A stretch of 64,000 nt of DNA from an uncultured Planctomycetota bacterium (GTDB lineage: Bacteria > Planctomycetota > Phycisphaerae > Tepidisphaerales > Tepidisphaeraceae), in contig CAWJEN010000006.1 in NCBI GenBank assembly GCA_963841915.1, forward strand, positions 1,184,001-1,248,000, written 5' to 3'. Under the pieces are notes generated by a model that ran no database searches, had not been told where the DNA came from, and worked only from the letters and a program-made list of their open reading frames with translations. The stretch's first letter is position 1; every line of letters starts with the position of its first letter. Made by a program: the position numbers and the translations under genes. Of the stretch, positions 59,495 to 64,000 are shown one piece after another.

Positions 59495-61192
59495 ATGGCC
59501 GCCGGCTGGTACCTACTGACCGACGTTCTCATCCTGCTCGCTGCTGCACTGTTGTTCGGCACGATTGCCGAGCAGCTCAAACAGAGCGCGATCGTCGGCT
59601 ACCTCATCGCTGGCACCATCGTCGGGCCCGGCGTCCTTGGGCTCGTCGGCGGACAGGGTGACGAAGCCGCCGGCGAGGGTGTCAACGTCATTGCCGAGCT
59701 TGGCGTGTCGCTTTTGCTCTTCACCATCGGTCTCGAGTTCAGCTTCAACCGCCTGCGTCGCCTCGGTGTTGCGGCTCTTGGCGGCGGGTCGTTGCAGCTG
59801 GCGATCACGACGCTCGTCGTCTGGCCCATCGTCATGCTGGCGGGCCTCGATGCCGTCGCCGCGGCGGCGGTGGCGCTGATGGTCGGGCTCTCCAGCACGG
59901 CCTGCGTGTTGCGGCTGCTACAGGACTCCGCTGCGAGTGAGTCGCCGCACGGCCGCACCGCCACAGGCGTCCTCCTGCTTCAGGACGTCGGGGTCCTGCC
60001 GATCACGCTGCTCGTCACCGCCCTGGCCGGCGGCGGCAGCGCGACAGGCGTCCTGCTCAATCTCGGCCGGGCATTGCTCTTTGCCGCCGGGCTCGTGATC
60101 GTCTTCCTCGTCCTGTTCAACGTCTTGGCCCCGCGGCTGCTCAACCTCAAGCGGTGGGCCCGCAACCGCGAGTTCCCGATCCTGCTGGCCATCATCATGG
60201 CACTTGGCAGCGCGGGTGCCGCTCACGAGGTCGGCATCAGCCCGGCCATCGGCGCGTTCCTCGCCGGCGTTCTGCTCGCCGAAAGTCCATTCGACGTGCA
60301 GGTTCGCAGCGATGTCGCCTCGCTCCGCACCGCCCTTGTCACGCTCTTCTTCGCCTCGATCGGCATGCTCGCCGACCCGGCTTGGGCACTGGCGAATTGG
60401 TACCTCGTGCTCGGCGTGACGGTAGCCGTCGTCGTCGGCAAGGCGGCCATCATCGTCGGCGTCCTGTCGCTGCCGATCCGCGGCCTGTGGCAGCCGGCGG
60501 GCGTCGCACTGGCGGCCGGGCTCTGCCTCGCCCAGGTCGGCGAGTTCAGCTTCGTCCTCGCCAAAATCGCCAGCGGCGAGGGGTTGATCGACACCGACAC
60601 GTTCCGCCTCATCGTCAGCGTCACGATCGCCAGCCTGCTCGTCACGCCCTACCTCGTTCAGTTCGCGCCACGCGCTGCGCGATGGGCGAACAGAGTCGCG
60701 CCCGCGACCGGCGTGTTCGAACGCAACACCGACGAGGTCGAGCCGGACGACAGAGACCGCATCGTGCTCGTCGGCTTCGGCCCGGCCGGTCAACAGGTCG
60801 CCGCCGACCTCTCGACCACGTTCCGCAACCGCGGCGACGTGGTCGACCTCAACCCGCGCATCGCCGAGCTCGCTCCCGAGTACGGCTTTGTCGGCCACGT
60901 CGGCGATGCCACGCAGGACGGCGTCCTCGAGCACGCCAATCTCGGCCGCGCCGCCGCCCTGATCGTGACGGTCCCCGACCCTTCCGCCGCCCGCCAAGTC
61001 ATCGCCCTTGCGCGGGCATCGAACCCGTCGATCCAGATCATCGCCCGCAGCCGTTATCACGTGACGCGTTGGGAACTCATGCTCGCCGGCGCCGAGACGG
61101 TGGTCGACGAAGAAGAGCACGTCGGCCGTCGTCTGGCGTTCGAGGCCCGGCAGGTGCTGGGGGCGCCGGCGGAAGATGAAGCCGCCGCCTGA
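59495..61192 (+). CDS. CPA2 cation:proton antiporter with TrkA-N/RCK domain (Kef-like)
   Basis: IVGYLIAG, AELGVSLLLFTIGLEFS, LLLQD, LAQVGEFSFVL, VLVGFGPAG, GDAT. Confidence 0.92.
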   Translation: MAAGWYLLTDVLILLAAALLFGTIAEQLKQSAIVGYLIAGTIVGPGVLGLVGGQGDEAAGEGVNVIAELGVSLLLFTIGLEFSFNRLRRLGVAALGGGSLQLAITTLVVWPIVMLAGLDAVAAAAVALMVGLSSTACVLRLLQDSAASESPHGRTATGVLLLQDVGVLPITLLVTALAGGGSATGVLLNLGRALLFAAGLVIVFLVLFNVLAPRLLNLKRWARNREFPILLAIIMALGSAGAAHEVGISPAIGAFLAGVLLAESPFDVQVRSDVASLRTALVTLFFASIGMLADPAWALANWYLVLGVTVAVVVGKAAIIVGVLSLPIRGLWQPAGVALAAGLCLAQVGEFSFVLAKIASGEGLIDTDTFRLIVSVTIASLLVTPYLVQFAPRAARWANRVAPATGVFERNTDEVEPDDRDRIVLVGFGPAGQQVAADLSTTFRNRGDVVDLNPRIAELAPEYGFVGHVGDATQDGVLEHANLGRAAALIVTVPDPSAARQVIALARASNPSIQIIARSRYHVTRWELMLAGAETVVDEEEHVGRRLAFEARQVLGAPAEDEAAA

Positions 61193-61407
61193 CCGACCTG
61201 CGCCGATCGTGCGGGCTCGAACGTGGCCAAGTCACTCCGGCTTCGTCTTCACCACGAGACGACCCTTGCGGCCGCCGCATCATTTTGCCACGATGATGCG
61301 CCGCCGGGGCACGACGGGCGGGCCGAGGGGAGGGACTTTATCACGTGGACACTGTCGTCCGCGACTTCCACGGCCGCCCCAATCTTCCCCGGCCTTGGAG
61401 AGAAGCC

Positions 61408-64000
61408 ATGCCCGCCACCCAGCCGTCCCGCCGTCGTTCCGCCACCCGCAACGCCTACGCCCACCGCGCCCTCGCCGAGGCCTGCGAACCCCGCCGCCTC
61501 CTCGCCGCCCTCACCTGGGACGGCGGCGGCGACGGCGTCACCTGGGGCGATCCGCTCAACTGGTCAAACGACCTGGTGCCGGGAGCCAACGACGACGTGA
61601 CGCTCGACGTGCCGGGCGATCTGGTCGTGGAGCTGAACGGCTTCCGCACGGTCAACTCACTGGACAACGCCGAGACGATCAACGTCTCACCGGTCAGCGG
61701 CAACACCAACCTCGACCTGGCGGGCGATTCGATCAACCGCGGGACGATCAATCTGACGTCCGCCACCGGCATCGGATTCGGCGCGACGCTGCAGGGCGCT
61801 GGCACGCTGACCAATACCGGCACGATCCGTGCCGAGCCGGGGGCGCAGAGTGCCAATGCGACCCGCTCGCTGTCGGTCAACCTGCTGAATCAGGGCGAGC
61901 TCGTCGCTGACGGCGTGACGCTGCCATTTACCGGCGGGACGTTCACGCTCAACGGCGGTTCGGTCACGGGCGACGTGCCGCTGCGCGGTGCGGCCGTGAT
62001 TGCGACCAATGGCGACGGGCCGCAGACGCTGCGGTTGCAGGGCTTTAACAACCGACTCGAAGGCGACGTCGGCGCGAACGTCACCGTGTCGATGGACGCC
62101 AGCAGCCAGGGCAACGGCTTCCTGACGGTGCCGGTGGACGTGACCAACTTCGGCACGATTCGACTCAGCAGCACCTCGACCATCGGCTTCGGTTCCAACG
62201 TGCAGGTCGACGACGGCGTGACGCTGACCAACGCCGCCGGCGGGGCGATCCGGGCCAGCTCCGGCGTACAAGCGGGCGGCAGTCGGGGGCTCTCTCTGGG
62301 AACCGGCAGCGTGTTGGACAATCAAGGGCTGTTGACGGCCGACGACGCGACGAGCTTCACCGTCAGCGGCGGCACGGTGTCGACCTTCGGCACGCTCGGG
62401 GCCGAAGTGGCCGTCGATCCGCAGGATCCGTCGGCCCAACTGCAGTTCACGTCCACGGCCTTCACGATCACCGACGGCACCGCCTCGGGCGAGGTGCGTT
62501 TGTCTGCCAGCGACATCAGCCTCCTCGGCGGGACGGCGACGCTCAGCAGCGTCGGGTCGAACAACCGCCTGCTCGCCTTCGACGCCCCCGCGGCGACGCT
62601 GGTGCACAAGGCCAGCAACGTCGGCAACGCCTTCTTGACGGTGCCGGGCGACGCGACGGTCGCCGGCGAACTCGTGCTCTCTTCGAGCAGCACGATCGGG
62701 TTCGGCTCGTCGATCGACGTGTCGACCGGCGCGACGTTGACCGTCCCGGCTGGCGGGTCGATCACGGCAGAGCCCGGCGTGCAGACTACCAATTCCCAAC
62801 GGTCCATCTCGTTGGCCGCCGATGCCGCGCTGGTCGTGGGCGGCAGCCTGACGTCCGACGGCGTCGATAACTTTATCGTCAACATGGGCGACGCCGCGAC
62901 GGTCACGTCGGACGGCGAACTTCGAGGCGTCGGTGGCGAGCTCCGCTTCTCCGGCTCGAGCGCCACGATATCGCCCTTGCTCAACATCACCGGCGGCACG
63001 CTGACGGGGCAGGTCCGCGCGGGCAACAGCCTCACGCTCGACGTCTCCGGCGTCGACGGGCCTTCAGTGCTGAGCACCGCCGGCGTTGTCAACGTCAGCG
63101 GCCTGAACGCGCCAGAGCTGACGCTGCGGGTGGTCGGCTCGCAGTTCGGCAATAGCACGCTGCGGGCTGTCGGCGACGTGACGAGCAGCGCGAGCCTGGT
63201 GCTCGGTGCCGACTCGACCATCGGCTTCGCCGCGACCATTGACGTGCCGACGGGTGCCAGCTTCACCGCCACCGGACCGGTCACGGCCGAGGTCGGCGTG
63301 CAGACCTCCGGCAGCCGCGGCTTTACCGGCGAGGGCCTGTTTACCTCGGCGGGCACATTTACCGTCGACGAGAACGTCAACATCACCGGCAACGGCAACG
63401 TCCGCAACACTGGAACGCTCGTCAAGAACGCAGCCGGCCTGACGACGTTCAGCCCGAGCTTCGACAACGACGCCACCGTCGACCTCGATGCCGGGACGCT
63501 CCGCTTCAGCGGGACCACGGATCTGGAAGATCCCAATGGCGCCTTCCTCTCCGGCGGCCGCTACCTGATCGCCGACGGGGCGAGCCTTCAGACGAACCCC
63601 TTCGACAGCAACGGCATCACGTTGCTCACCGCCGAGATCGAGCTGACGGGCACGGCCGACGCCCAGCTCGACGTGCTCCGCACCAACCGCGGTGCGATCC
63701 GCCTGCTGGACGGTGCCGACCTGACGATCGACCCCAGTGGTAGCAACGGCTTCCGAAACGAGGGCATTCTTGACCTGTCCTCCACCTCCACGCTTTCCGT
63801 CGTCGGCAATGTCACCTTCGGCGGCGTGAGTCAGCCGGTGATTCGCAGCGGAGATCGCGTCGGCGGCCGACTTTGGACGCGTCGTCGTCAACGGCAGCCT
63901 TGACCTCAACTCGCCGGATTCGACCTCGCGGTTTGATCCGGACCTCGTCGGCGGATTCGATCCGAACGTCGGCGACAGCTTTGCCGTCATCACCGCCAGC
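61408..64000 (+). CDS. Large secreted LEPRxLL beta-strand-repeat protein (adhesin-like); +1 indel at ~63850, runs off right edge
   Basis: AEACEPRRLLAALTWDGGGDG..W.DPLNWS; repeated N.GTI.L/STIGFG units; continues EIASAADFGRVVVNGSLDL...FDPNVGDSFAVIT after the shift. Confidence 0.8.

Overview
High-GC bacterial chromosome segment, most likely Planctomycetota (Phycisphaerae-like), judged from four LEPRxLL/dockerin secreted proteins and a PVC-type Minf_1886 protein. Two parS sites at 38.2 kb suggest it lies near the replication origin. The housekeeping backbone includes sucC, a sulfate-assimilation set (cysC, cysD, cysNC, sulfite reductase, cysH), uppS, trpB, pyrF, rho, mutS, two bactofilins, glycosyltransferases, a CPA2 antiporter, tRNA-Ser(UGA) and tRNA-Phe(GAA). 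The first 17 kb are the most interesting part. (i) An orphan phage-derived module (tandem-HTH regulator, COG2401-type ABC ATPase, Mom/COG2401-type GNAT, terminase small-subunit-like and terminase large subunit) has no portal, capsid or integrase in the window; it is a candidate domesticated, GTA-like packaging plus DNA-modification system. (ii) Next to tRNA-Ser lies a polymorphic-toxin locus: a ~3,100-aa LEPRxLL-dockerin-FN3-RHS-nuclease toxin, its immunity gene, and an orphan toxin-tail/immunity cassette bracketed by inverted copies of a short palindromic repeat. Also seen: a VapBC pair splitting cysD from cysN, HicAB, a 6S-like long hairpin, a REP doublet with covarying stems, and many single-base indels that look like long-read consensus errors. 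All family calls come from reading motifs by eye; no database searches were run.
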